From positions 1 to 17,269 of the forward strand of contig JALHMH010000057.1 of assembly GCA_022844165.1 (NCBI GenBank): 17,269 nucleotides of DNA. Direction: 5' to 3'. Below the pieces are notes generated by a model. The model had not been told where the DNA came from, ran no database searches, and worked only from the letters and a program-made list of their open reading frames with translations. Origin of the DNA: Lysobacterales bacterium (GTDB lineage: Bacteria; Pseudomonadota; Gammaproteobacteria; Xanthomonadales; SZUA-5). The translations under genes and the position numbers were made by a program. Shown in pieces: positions 1-9,005 of the stretch. Within the stretch, counting starts at the first letter, position 1, and each line of letters opens with the position of its first letter.

Positions 1-1061
1 GGCCCGGAAGGCAATACCGTTTACACCTACAACGCGCTCAGTCACCTGACCTCCGTGACGCCACCCAATCGCCCACCTGTGTCGATGACCGTCAGCCCCG
101 CCGGGCGATTGCTGGCCATCGATCACAACAATGGCGTGGTCACACAAGTCAGCCGCGATCCGGCGGGCCGCGTCACGGGCCTCGCGCACAAACTCGGCGC
201 CAGCGCACTGTTGCTGCTCAGCTACACACTCGATGCCAACGGCAACCGCACCGCCGAAGTGTGGCAACGCGGCAGCGAGCGGGTTGAGATCGGCTACACG
301 CTGGATCTGGCCGAGCGCCTGACCAGCATCACCACCGACGGCCAGACGCGCAGCTACACCCTCGATCAGCGCGGCAATCGCACGCAGGAGCAAAGCCCCA
401 GCGAAACCCTGGTGCACACCTACGACGAGCGCGACCGGCTCATCCAAACCCAGCGCAACGGCAGCCCACAGGCCAGCTACAGCTACGACGCAGCGGGGCG
501 GCAAACCCGCAAGACCGAAGGCGGCGTGAGTTGGGACTACGTCTATGACGCCAACGACCGCCTGATCGAAGTGCGCCAGGGCGGCACAACCATCGTCAAA
601 TACGAAGTCGACGCGTTCGGCCAACGCCGCCAACGCGAGGCCAGCGGCCAGATCGAACGTTATCACTGGGACGGCACCAGACTCGCATCGATCAGCAACG
701 CCGTCGGCAACACACTGGCCGACTACCAACACGCCTACAGCTGGCCCATCGCCAGCAAAGAAGGCAGCAACAGCAGAACCCTGCTCACCGACCGCCACGG
801 CACCGTACAAATGCTGCTCGACACCGGCGCCATCGTCGGCCACACCCGCAGCGACGTGTGGGGCGTCGATCGCGCGCAGAGCGGCGAACAAAGCCGCTTA
901 GGCCATACCGGGTATCTCAAAGACCCGCTGCTCGATCAGCTGTACGCACAAGCGCGCCAGTACACGCCGGGGCTGGGCCGGTTCACCAGCACCGACCCGT
1001 GGACCGGCGATGCGATGAATCCGGTGACGTTGAACAAGTATCTGGCGTTCAATGGGAATCC
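1..1061 (+). repeat. Rhs core direct repeat, copy 1 (partner 6409-7469)
   Basis: Offset 6408 bp. Identical by eye except at 897, 927, 948, 966, 973 and 975. It probably extends left of the window. Confidence 0.95.
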
Positions 1062-2046
1062 GACCGTGTATGTCGATCCGGATGGGCGCATCGCAATCCT
1101 GAAAGATCGGTTGCCGGGCATTGAGGCGTTCGGGCGCCATGCCGCCGATGCTGCGACGTACGCGTACGAACAGTTCGATAGCGCGCCGTGGTACATGAAG
1201 CCGAGCCTGGGAGCGACGTACCTCTTGGGCGGTGCTGGGTATCTCGGATCGGGTGTTGTGAGCGGCGTGGTGAGCGGCGCGAATGTAATCGCGAACGCCG
1301 GCGTGCTCGCCACCGAAATGGGCGGCAATCAACTCGGCACGACAACAGTGCTCGCGGGACTCGCTGGCGAAGCGCGCAGCGAGATCGAGGCCACCGTCGA
1401 TGCGGCCGGTCCGGTGATTCAGGCGTTCGGCGCCGACACTTGGGGCGCGACTAAGGCGGCCGGGCAAGCCGGCGTTTCGGCGATTGATCAGATGATTACC
1501 GCCGCGCAGAGCGGCGATGCGAAAGCGCAGTTCGACATCCTGGCGTTCATCAAAGACGGCGCCCAGAACATCGGTTCGGGAATCATGGCGCGGATGGCGA
1601 AGCCAAAGGCCGGCGCGCCGGAAGTTGCACAGATTGTTGAGGGCGGCGATGGTCAGGCCGCTCTAATCAATCCGGACCCGAAGCCGGTGCCGGACTATGG
1701 GTCAGGTCGCGGCCGTCGAGGCAGTTTCGAAACTCGACGTCACATCGACCAAGTTCGAGATGAGTTCTTGGCTCAGAATCCTGACTATCGTCATGTGGGT
1801 GGTGGAACCGATCGTCGAACTGGCGAGAAAAGGCCGGAGGTATACACGCCAGGTCCGACGGGCACTCAAAAAGGCGCGGCTTACGACGATCTGACGTTCG
1901 AAGCGCCGGATGGTAGCCGCGTTCACATTAACACTGTGGATACAGACAAGGATGGCGTGTGGACAGACCGAGAAGCGGATAACGCATACCGAATCCATAC
2001 CCAGACTGGCGAACCCGTTATCGCCGTTCCCAAACCGAGAGGTTGA
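1..2046 (+). CDS. Rhs/YD-repeat polymorphic toxin (5'-partial) with C-terminal toxin 1, putative PD-(D/E)XK-like nuclease
   Basis: Frame 1 is open from base 1 (GPEGNTVYTY...). Has YD repeats, an Rhs core (LGHTGY..LYAQARQYTPGLGRFTSTDP..NKYL..NP) and the cleavage motif PTVYVDPDGR ending at 1089. The ~318-aa CT ends in KGAAYDDLTF..HINTVDT..RE. The nuclease assignment is inference. Confidence 0.93.
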   Translation, partial: GPEGNTVYTYNALSHLTSVTPPNRPPVSMTVSPAGRLLAIDHNNGVVTQVSRDPAGRVTGLAHKLGASALLLLSYTLDANGNRTAEVWQRGSERVEIGYTLDLAERLTSITTDGQTRSYTLDQRGNRTQEQSPSETLVHTYDERDRLIQTQRNGSPQASYSYDAAGRQTRKTEGGVSWDYVYDANDRLIEVRQGGTTIVKYEVDAFGQRRQREASGQIERYHWDGTRLASISNAVGNTLADYQHAYSWPIASKEGSNSRTLLTDRHGTVQMLLDTGAIVGHTRSDVWGVDRAQSGEQSRLGHTGYLKDPLLDQLYAQARQYTPGLGRFTSTDPWTGDAMNPVTLNKYLAFNGNPTVYVDPDGRIAILKDRLPGIEAFGRHAADAATYAYEQFDSAPWYMKPSLGATYLLGGAGYLGSGVVSGVVSGANVIANAGVLATEMGGNQLGTTTVLAGLAGEARSEIEATVDAAGPVIQAFGADTWGATKAAGQAGVSAIDQMITAAQSGDAKAQFDILAFIKDGAQNIGSGIMARMAKPKAGAPEVAQIVEGGDGQAALINPDPKPVPDYGSGRGRRGSFETRRHIDQVRDEFLAQNPDYRHVGGGTDRRTGEKRPEVYTPGPTGTQKGAAYDDLTFEAPDGSRVHINTVDTDKDGVWTDREADNAYRIHTQTGEPVIAVPKPRG

Positions 2047-2055
2047 TTAGGTCGG

Positions 2056-2610
2056 ATGGAAAAACAGACCCAAATTCTCATGTTGCCTGGGGATGAAGCG
2101 GACTTCTCGAAGAAGCTACTTCAGCTTCGGCCTGGCATCAGATTCATTGACGACAATGTGTGGGACGGTCCGACGCCAAGACTGGTCGAGTCGATAGATC
2201 GATGCCAGACCAACTTCTGTTTCTTGTGGGACCCAGTTACTGGCAAATTACCGGTAGCTCAAAGGGAAGATGGCCGATTCGAGGGGCCAGGGGCCGGCAT
2301 GGTAGTCCAATGCGTCCGATGTCGGCTCGTTGGGAACATGTTGCTTTCTGGCCGCCTTGCGGCCGGATTTTCGGACACGACAGGCGAGATGGCGAAGTTC
2401 GTTCGCGACGTCTGGAAGGCGCTGCGGTCTGTGGTTGGCGCGCGGCCATCCGTGATCAACATCCAGACGGGCGAAATCATCCGGTCCGGCGTGACGGAAT
2501 ACCAGCTCGGACTGCACGCGGAGAAATGGGCATCGGATCCGCAGAACAAGCTAAGGGACCGAAGCTCACTGAATCTCTTCTTTGCTCCTAGCGCATCGCG
2601 AACTCCTTGA
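2056..2610 (+). CDS. Probable cognate immunity protein for Rhs-CT1
   Basis: 184-aa ORF starting 9 bp after the toxin stop, on the same strand, with no recognisable motif. This is the standard toxin-immunity arrangement. Confidence 0.8.
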   Translation: MEKQTQILMLPGDEADFSKKLLQLRPGIRFIDDNVWDGPTPRLVESIDRCQTNFCFLWDPVTGKLPVAQREDGRFEGPGAGMVVQCVRCRLVGNMLLSGRLAAGFSDTTGEMAKFVRDVWKALRSVVGARPSVINIQTGEIIRSGVTEYQLGLHAEKWASDPQNKLRDRSSLNLFFAPSASRTP

Positions 2611-2622
2611 TCCGATGGAAGC

Positions 2623-2655
2623 CGCGTATTCCACGCATGCCGGTCACCGATTCCA
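2623..2655 (+). mobile_element. Solo IS21-family terminal-repeat remnant
   Basis: cgcgTATTCCACGCATGCCGGTCACCgATTCCA matches the IS end at 10324-10356 (tgccTATTCCACGCATGCCGGTCACCaATTCCA) in the same orientation. Confidence 0.8.
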
Positions 2656-2760
2656 GGGAAACTGAGTTTCGGATAGTTGACCAAGTCCCGCAGATTTTTC
2701 TGGCCCTGGGGCAGGAAGTTCCCTAGGCTGGCCTAAGAACCTTGAAAGGATCCCAGCGTT

Positions 2761-4257
2761 TTGAGTGCCGTACTTGCCCAACTTGATCACGTTGATACTC
2801 GACGTCGCGATACGTCCCGCCAGCTCGATCCGGCGCGCAAGGCGGCACTAGGTCAGTTTATGACCCCGGCTAACACCGCCCGCTTTATGGCCGATATGTT
2901 TACCTCGACCACTGGTCGCACGGTTCGGCTTCTCGATGCCGGTGCGGGCGTCGGCTCGCTGACGAGTGCATTTCTTGACCGTTGCCTTGCCGGTCCCTGT
3001 GCGATGGTGGAAGTCGGCGCATGGGAGGTTGATCACGCCATGCGCGAAGGGCTGGCAAGCACCATGGCGGACTACAAAGAAGTGGCAGCTGCAGCCGGCC
3101 GACGATTGGATGCTCAGGTGTATGCGGAGGATTTTATCGAAGGCGCAACGCGGGGACTGTTCGCCGGATCCCGCTGCGGCTTCACACATGCGATTCTCAA
3201 TCCGCCGTACAAGAAAATTTCGACATCATCGGAGCATCGTTTGTTGCTCCGACGCGTCGGCATCGAGACGGTAAATCTATACGCGGCATTCGTTGCCGTC
3301 GCTCTCGATATGCTTGCACCCAATGGTGAGCTGGTGGCTATCTTGCCGCGCAGCTTCTGCAACGGTCCATACTATCTCCCGTTTCGGGACTACGTCTTCA
3401 GCCGCGCCGCCTTGCGTGCCATGCACTTGTTTGAGCGCAGAAATCGAGCTTTCAAAGAAGAGGGCGTGCTGCAGGAAAACGTCATCATTCATCTGGTCCG
3501 CGGTGCAAAGCAAAGCGACGTTCGCGTGACTACCTCAAGCGACGACACTTTTTCCGATCTTGTCGAGGCCTCGTACTCGTTCGACACCATCGTTAAACCC
3601 GATGACGCGCAGCGCTTCATTCACATACCGACGGGCGGCCTCCAAAGCGCTGTCGAGGCTTCGACCGTGGCCCGTCAGACTTTGGCCGCTTTGGGCCTGA
3701 CGGTGTCGACAGGCCCGGTGGTCGACTTCCGCATGCGTGAACACTTGTGCAAGATGCCGGAACCCGGAAGTGTTCCGCTTCTTTATCCCGCCCACTTCGT
3801 CGGCGTTCGAACGTCATGGCCATTGCAAGGCTTTAAGAAGTTCAATGCAATCGATCTCAACGACGAAACGGCGCGCTGGCTCTACCCTGCGGACCGCTAT
3901 GTCGTTGTTCGCCGTTTTTCATCGAAGGAAGAACGGCGGCGTGTCGTCGCATCTATCGTTGAGCAAGACGACTTCAACAGCACGTACATCGGATTCGAGA
4001 ATCACTTAAACGTTTTTCACACTGGTCGGCGTGGCTTGCGAGAAGACGTCGCCTATGGCCTTGCCGCGTGGCTCAACTCGACGGCCGTCGACGAACATTT
4101 CCGCCGCTTCAACGGTCACACGCAGGTCAACGCGACTGACCTTCGACAGATGCCATACCCGCCGCTTCCAGTTCTTGAGAAGCTCGGCGCTTGGTACATC
4201 AAGCACACAGCAGCCGAACAGCAAGAGATCGACAGAAAGATAGAGGGCGTTCTTTGA
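2761..4257 (+). CDS. Type II N6-adenine DNA methyltransferase (M.BsuBI/M.PstI-like, Eco57I-domain)
   Basis: GQFMTP, motif I LLDAGAGVG, catalytic NPPY, C-terminal FENHLN and FNGHTQVNATDL. TTG start with GAAAGGA RBS at 2744-2750. Confidence 0.93.
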   Translation: MSAVLAQLDHVDTRRRDTSRQLDPARKAALGQFMTPANTARFMADMFTSTTGRTVRLLDAGAGVGSLTSAFLDRCLAGPCAMVEVGAWEVDHAMREGLASTMADYKEVAAAAGRRLDAQVYAEDFIEGATRGLFAGSRCGFTHAILNPPYKKISTSSEHRLLLRRVGIETVNLYAAFVAVALDMLAPNGELVAILPRSFCNGPYYLPFRDYVFSRAALRAMHLFERRNRAFKEEGVLQENVIIHLVRGAKQSDVRVTTSSDDTFSDLVEASYSFDTIVKPDDAQRFIHIPTGGLQSAVEASTVARQTLAALGLTVSTGPVVDFRMREHLCKMPEPGSVPLLYPAHFVGVRTSWPLQGFKKFNAIDLNDETARWLYPADRYVVVRRFSSKEERRRVVASIVEQDDFNSTYIGFENHLNVFHTGRRGLREDVAYGLAAWLNSTAVDEHFRRFNGHTQVNATDLRQMPYPPLPVLEKLGAWYIKHTAAEQQEIDRKIEGVL

Positions 4258-5213
4258 CAAGAGCAAAACTTCTTCGCGACGCTACCGCGATTCTCACGGC
4301 GCTGGGCATGCCCCGTGGCCAGCAGAACGAGCGCTCTGCGCTGACCCTGCTCGCACTGGTCAACCTTAAGCCAGGCGATAAGATATGGGCGAAAGCCCAT
4401 GACGCTGGCACACTTCGCATTCGCGACGTACTCGATTTTTGCCGCAACGTTTTCAACAAGCTTTATGCGGAAAACACGCGCGAGACTTTTCGCCGCCAGA
4501 CCATGCACCAACTGATCGACGCCGGGATCGCACTTTACAATCCCGACGATCCTGGCCGGGCCATCAACAGTCCACACAACTGCTATCGAGTAGCACCTGA
4601 AGCGCTGCAAGTTATTCAGGCGTACGGGACAGCGCAATGGGCAGCCAAGCTCGAAGTGTTTCTGCTATCGAAGGCTACGCTTGCCCAGCGTAACGCCAGT
4701 GCACGCGACCAGTTCAAAGTGCCAGTCAAAATCAGCGACGACCAAGCAATCACACTCAGTCCTGGTGAACATAGCCAGCTGATCAAGGCCATTGTCGAGG
4801 ACTTCGCAGAGCGGTTTGTCCCTGGCGCCGATCTGATCTACGTTGGTGATACGGGAGAGAAATGGGGGTACTTCAACGAGCCGTTGCTAGAGCAGCTTGG
4901 CGTGAAGGTCGGTAGCCATGGAAAGATGCCGGACGCTGTCTTGTACTACCCCGAACGCAAGTGGCTGGTACTCGCCGAAGCCGTGACCAGTCACGGCCCG
5001 GTCGATCCTAAGCGACATCGCGAATTGGCAACTCTTTTTGCCGACGCAACGGCTGGGCTTGTCTATGTAACTGCCTTTCCATCTCGGCAAGTCATGCGGA
5101 GTTACTTGCCGGAAATCGCCTGGGAAACAGAAGTCTGGTGCGCTGATGCACCATCGCACCTAATCCATTTCAACGGTGAGCGCTTCCTTGGCCCCTACGC
5201 CAGCAAACCGTGA
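4254..5213 (+). CDS. BsuBI/PstI-family type II restriction endonuclease (probably recognises CTGCAG)
   Basis: YAENTRETFRRQTMHQ, HGKMPD, EAVTSHGP and IAWETEVW..HLIHFNGERFLGPY are family hallmarks. The probable TTG start at 4254 overlaps the MTase stop (TTGA), with AGAGGG upstream. Confidence 0.92.
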   Translation: MTRAKLLRDATAILTALGMPRGQQNERSALTLLALVNLKPGDKIWAKAHDAGTLRIRDVLDFCRNVFNKLYAENTRETFRRQTMHQLIDAGIALYNPDDPGRAINSPHNCYRVAPEALQVIQAYGTAQWAAKLEVFLLSKATLAQRNASARDQFKVPVKISDDQAITLSPGEHSQLIKAIVEDFAERFVPGADLIYVGDTGEKWGYFNEPLLEQLGVKVGSHGKMPDAVLYYPERKWLVLAEAVTSHGPVDPKRHRELATLFADATAGLVYVTAFPSRQVMRSYLPEIAWETEVWCADAPSHLIHFNGERFLGPYASKP

Positions 5214-5255
5214 CGAGACGATTGTACGGACCCATCGGAAGCAGCTGCCCGGCGA

Positions 5256-5445
5256 TCAAGGCGAGCGCTGCACTGCATTCTCATGGGGTTGCTGACGCCG
5301 GCCCTTGCGCTCGCTCGCAACGCTGAGCGCCATTTTGCTGATTTGCGTGCGCTTGACGAGCCCATCGAGTAAGACGATCAGCGCTTGCTGATCGCTGTCG
5401 GAGAATTCATCGACCTGTTGCACGAGTCGATGCAGCTCGGCGACG
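5256..5445 (-). pseudogene. C-terminal remnant of an XRE/HTH-type transcriptional regulator
   Basis: AELHRLVQQVDEFSDSDQQALIVLLDGLVKRTQ resembles the C-terminal helices of XRE repressors. There is no HTH N-terminus, and the sequence switches to Rhs coding on the opposite strand at about 5446. Confidence 0.55.
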
Positions 5446-8400
5446 CGCACGACACAACTCTGGACCTACGGCGCACTCGATCGCGAACTGAGCTTCACGG
5501 ATCGCAATGGCATCGTCACCCACTACGTGCGCGATGGGGAAGGGCGGGTGCGCGAGCAGCGCCGCGCGGGGCGGGTGGAGCTGAGCAGCTACGATACGGC
5601 CGGCCGACGACTCACCGCCACCGATGCACAAGGCAGCGTCACGCGCTACTTCTACGATGCCGCCGGGCGCCTGGAGCGCGAAGAAGGCCCGGCCTCGGCC
5701 ATCGCCCGCTACACCTATGGCCCCGGCGATGAGCGGCTGAGCAGCACCGACCGCGAAGGTATCGTCACCACCTACACTTACGATGATCGCCTGCGGCTGC
5801 GGACGGAGAGCAATGCGATGTCGCAGACGATGCGCTACGACTACGACAACCGCGATCTGCGCATCCAGATGGAACGCGCCGAGTCGCCCGAGCAGATTTG
5901 GCAATACAGCTACGATCTGGGCCGGCGTTCGATCAGCGTGACCGATCCGCAAAATGACACCACCGTGTACGAATACGATGCGGTGAACAACCGCACGGCA
6001 ATGGTGCGCCCCGGCGCGCAGCGCACCGAATACGATTACGACGATCAAAACCGGCTGATCGGCGTGCGCCATCCGCAGGGGCACGTTGAGACATTTGTCG
6101 TCGATGCGCAAGGCAATCGCACCCGCTGGACACGCGAGAACGCGCAAGTCATCGAGTATGATTTTGATGGCTTGAATCGTAACGTGCAGACCCGCATTGT
6201 GCCGGCGGCGGACGATGGCCTGAGCAAAGTCGAACGCAGTTACGACGGCAACGGCAATCTGCTGACGGCCACCGAGACCCGCAACGGCACGAGCAAAACC
6301 TGGAGCGCCAGCTACGATGCGTTCAATCGCCGCTTCCAATGGACCGATGTCAACGGCGTTACGCACACGCAGAGCTTCGATGCGCTGGACAATCGCACCG
6401 GTCGATCTGGCCCGGAAGGCAATACCGTTTACACCTACAACGCGCTCAGTCACCTGACCTCCGTGACGCCACCCAATCGCCCACCTGTGTCGATGACCGT
6501 CAGCCCCGCCGGGCGATTGCTGGCCATCGATCACAACAATGGCGTGGTCACACAAGTCAGCCGCGATCCGGCGGGCCGCGTCACGGGCCTCGCGCACAAA
6601 CTCGGCGCCAGCGCACTGTTGCTGCTCAGCTACACACTCGATGCCAACGGCAACCGCACCGCCGAAGTGTGGCAACGCGGCAGCGAGCGGGTTGAGATCG
6701 GCTACACGCTGGATCTGGCCGAGCGCCTGACCAGCATCACCACCGACGGCCAGACGCGCAGCTACACCCTCGATCAGCGCGGCAATCGCACGCAGGAGCA
6801 AAGCCCCAGCGAAACCCTGGTGCACACCTACGACGAGCGCGACCGGCTCATCCAAACCCAGCGCAACGGCAGCCCACAGGCCAGCTACAGCTACGACGCA
6901 GCGGGGCGGCAAACCCGCAAGACCGAAGGCGGCGTGAGTTGGGACTACGTCTATGACGCCAACGACCGCCTGATCGAAGTGCGCCAGGGCGGCACAACCA
7001 TCGTCAAATACGAAGTCGACGCGTTCGGCCAACGCCGCCAACGCGAGGCCAGCGGCCAGATCGAACGTTATCACTGGGACGGCACCAGACTCGCATCGAT
7101 CAGCAACGCCGTCGGCAACACACTGGCCGACTACCAACACGCCTACAGCTGGCCCATCGCCAGCAAAGAAGGCAGCAACAGCAGAACCCTGCTCACCGAC
7201 CGCCACGGCACCGTACAAATGCTGCTCGACACCGGCGCCATCGTCGGCCACACCCGCAGCGACGTGTGGGGCGTCGATCGCGCGCAGAGCGGCGAACAAA
7301 GCCGATTAGGCCATACCGGGTATCTCAAAGACCCACTGCTCGATCAGCTGTACGCGCAAGCGCGCCAGTACACACCGGGGATAGGCCGGTTCACCAGCAC
7401 CGACCCGTGGACCGGCGATGCGATGAATCCGGTGACGTTGAACAAGTATCTGGCGTTCAATGGGAATCCTGGGTCGTTCTTGGACCCGGATGGGCGATGC
7501 GCATCGGCGCCGGTGGTGTGTGCGTTCGGATTTGCGCGCAGCGAGGAAGAAAAGACCACGGTGCTGCGGAATTTTGCGAACGAGAATCCGACGCGCGGTC
7601 GAACCGTTGGCGCCGTGGTGCGTATTGGGCAAGGTGTTACGGCACCGATCTCCGCTGCGGATACGTTGGCATCGGCCGTTGCGGGCGATTCTGCGGCACA
7701 AACCGCGGTAGCCAACTCGGCATCGACGGTTGCCGAGTATCTGACGCAACGCACCAAAACACTCGTGACCGAGGGCATCGGCGAGTTGTTGCGCCAAGAT
7801 GTCACTGCTTTCGCGACTGGTCTTGGCGAAAACGCGGGAGAGGTGGCCGTCGCCGGCAGGCGTCGCGACTATGTCGGCCAGGGCATGGCCGGCGTCGATC
7901 TTGCGGGCCAGATGGCGGCCGTTGTGCCGGTGTTGCGCGCAACGTCGATTGCCAGAGCCAATGTCGCGCGAGCGGGCATCGAAGGAACGACGCCGATTCG
8001 ACTGGCAGAAGCGCCAGAAGGTGGCGTCGGCGCACAAATTGATGCCGAGTTAAACGTTGGATTCGATGCGGCTTCAGATCGCACGATTTCGCTACCGTCA
8101 GTCAGTTCGAAGGTGTCGCCTGACGTTGATCAGATTGATCGATTGATGGCACGATTTGGCCTCAGAGCACTGCGGGAATCGGGTGGCGACTTCCGCTTGT
8201 CTGAAAGCAAATTCGAGAGATACGCGTCGGCACTTGATGCGCGTCTGCAAGGTACAAGAAGCCCATATCGAATTGAATTCCAACCTGCCGCCATTCCTGG
8301 TGAGGGCCGAGTTCCCAATTTCATCCACCTTCATCACGGTGGTTCAAGTAGCCCGCTGATATCGGATGCACAAGGAAACCCAAGGCTGTTTGCTTACCCG

Positions 8401-8574
8401 GGATCGAGGCGACTGGATGCCGGGCTGATCGACCTCAGAGATGCTCCGAATGCTGACGATCTAAGGCCGGTGATCAGTGGCTATGACATTACCCTTGACG
8501 CGAACAAGCGTGCGATTGGTGACTACTACAGAGAGGCGTTTGGCGACATCAACATTCAAGACATTCGGCGTTGA
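5446..8574 (+). CDS. Orphan (5'-truncated) Rhs with C-terminal toxin 2, putative REase-fold nuclease
   Basis: YD-like sequence (RTTQLWTYGALDRELSFTDRNG) starts upstream of the called GTG at 5527. An in-frame stop lies at 5389-5391 and there is no Rhs N-terminus. Core motif PGSFLDPDGR ends at 7497. The CT ends in GSRRLDAGLID..GYDIT. Confidence 0.88.
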   Translation, partial: RTTQLWTYGALDRELSFTDRNGIVTHYVRDGEGRVREQRRAGRVELSSYDTAGRRLTATDAQGSVTRYFYDAAGRLEREEGPASAIARYTYGPGDERLSSTDREGIVTTYTYDDRLRLRTESNAMSQTMRYDYDNRDLRIQMERAESPEQIWQYSYDLGRRSISVTDPQNDTTVYEYDAVNNRTAMVRPGAQRTEYDYDDQNRLIGVRHPQGHVETFVVDAQGNRTRWTRENAQVIEYDFDGLNRNVQTRIVPAADDGLSKVERSYDGNGNLLTATETRNGTSKTWSASYDAFNRRFQWTDVNGVTHTQSFDALDNRTGRSGPEGNTVYTYNALSHLTSVTPPNRPPVSMTVSPAGRLLAIDHNNGVVTQVSRDPAGRVTGLAHKLGASALLLLSYTLDANGNRTAEVWQRGSERVEIGYTLDLAERLTSITTDGQTRSYTLDQRGNRTQEQSPSETLVHTYDERDRLIQTQRNGSPQASYSYDAAGRQTRKTEGGVSWDYVYDANDRLIEVRQGGTTIVKYEVDAFGQRRQREASGQIERYHWDGTRLASISNAVGNTLADYQHAYSWPIASKEGSNSRTLLTDRHGTVQMLLDTGAIVGHTRSDVWGVDRAQSGEQSRLGHTGYLKDPLLDQLYAQARQYTPGIGRFTSTDPWTGDAMNPVTLNKYLAFNGNPGSFLDPDGRCASAPVVCAFGFARSEEEKTTVLRNFANENPTRGRTVGAVVRIGQGVTAPISAADTLASAVAGDSAAQTAVANSASTVAEYLTQRTKTLVTEGIGELLRQDVTAFATGLGENAGEVAVAGRRRDYVGQGMAGVDLAGQMAAVVPVLRATSIARANVARAGIEGTTPIRLAEAPEGGVGAQIDAELNVGFDAASDRTISLPSVSSKVSPDVDQIDRLMARFGLRALRESGGDFRLSESKFERYASALDARLQGTRSPYRIEFQPAAIPGEGRVPNFIHLHHGGSSSPLISDAQGNPRLFAYPGSRRLDAGLIDLRDAPNADDLRPVISGYDITLDANKRAIGDYYREAFGDINIQDIRR
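6409..7469 (+). repeat. Rhs core direct repeat, copy 2 (partner 1-1061)
   Basis: Runs from ggcccggaaggcaatacc at 6409 to aatgggaatcc at 7469, diverging just before the DPxGR motif. Confidence 0.95.
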
Positions 8575-8577
8575 TCC

Positions 8578-8994
8578 ATGACGCTATTAGATCGAGCCTT
8601 TGAGGTAGTGCTGGATCAATACGTAGCCGTCGTGCTGAAGCGGTTGTGTACTGAGCGACAGCAAAGCTGCAAGCTGCAGGTGAAGTGCTTGGCTGAAGGT
8701 GAGTTTTCCACTGAGAGAATGCTGGAGGCTGGGGCTGGAGAAATGGCTTTCGGTGAAGCTCGGATTGTGTTGCGTTCGGGCTTCCGGACGAACTCGGTCA
8801 AGGTGCAGTTGAAAGCGGTCATTCGAGGCCTCGCTCCAGCGACCGGCTTCTCTGGGTTCTTTTCTGAAGGGCGTATAGAGTTCCACGAGTCGGGCGAGTT
8901 GCTGAAGCTGCCTACCGTTTTCGAGTACAACAGGTGGAGCTTCCTACCTCCGTTCGACTCTCCCGAATTTCAAACCATGCCGGGTTCGAGCTGA
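8578..8994 (+). CDS. Probable cognate immunity protein for Rhs-CT2
   Basis: 138-aa ORF starting 3 bp after the toxin stop, on the same strand. Confidence 0.72.
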   Translation: MTLLDRAFEVVLDQYVAVVLKRLCTERQQSCKLQVKCLAEGEFSTERMLEAGAGEMAFGEARIVLRSGFRTNSVKVQLKAVIRGLAPATGFSGFFSEGRIEFHESGELLKLPTVFEYNRWSFLPPFDSPEFQTMPGSS

Positions 8995-9005
8995 GCGGCG
9001 GCAAC

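Noticed and set aside
5407-7299. 630-aa minus-strand ORF, and similarly 13599-14567
   Set aside because: Antisense shadows of GC-rich genes (Rhs and WYL) with no motifs of their own.
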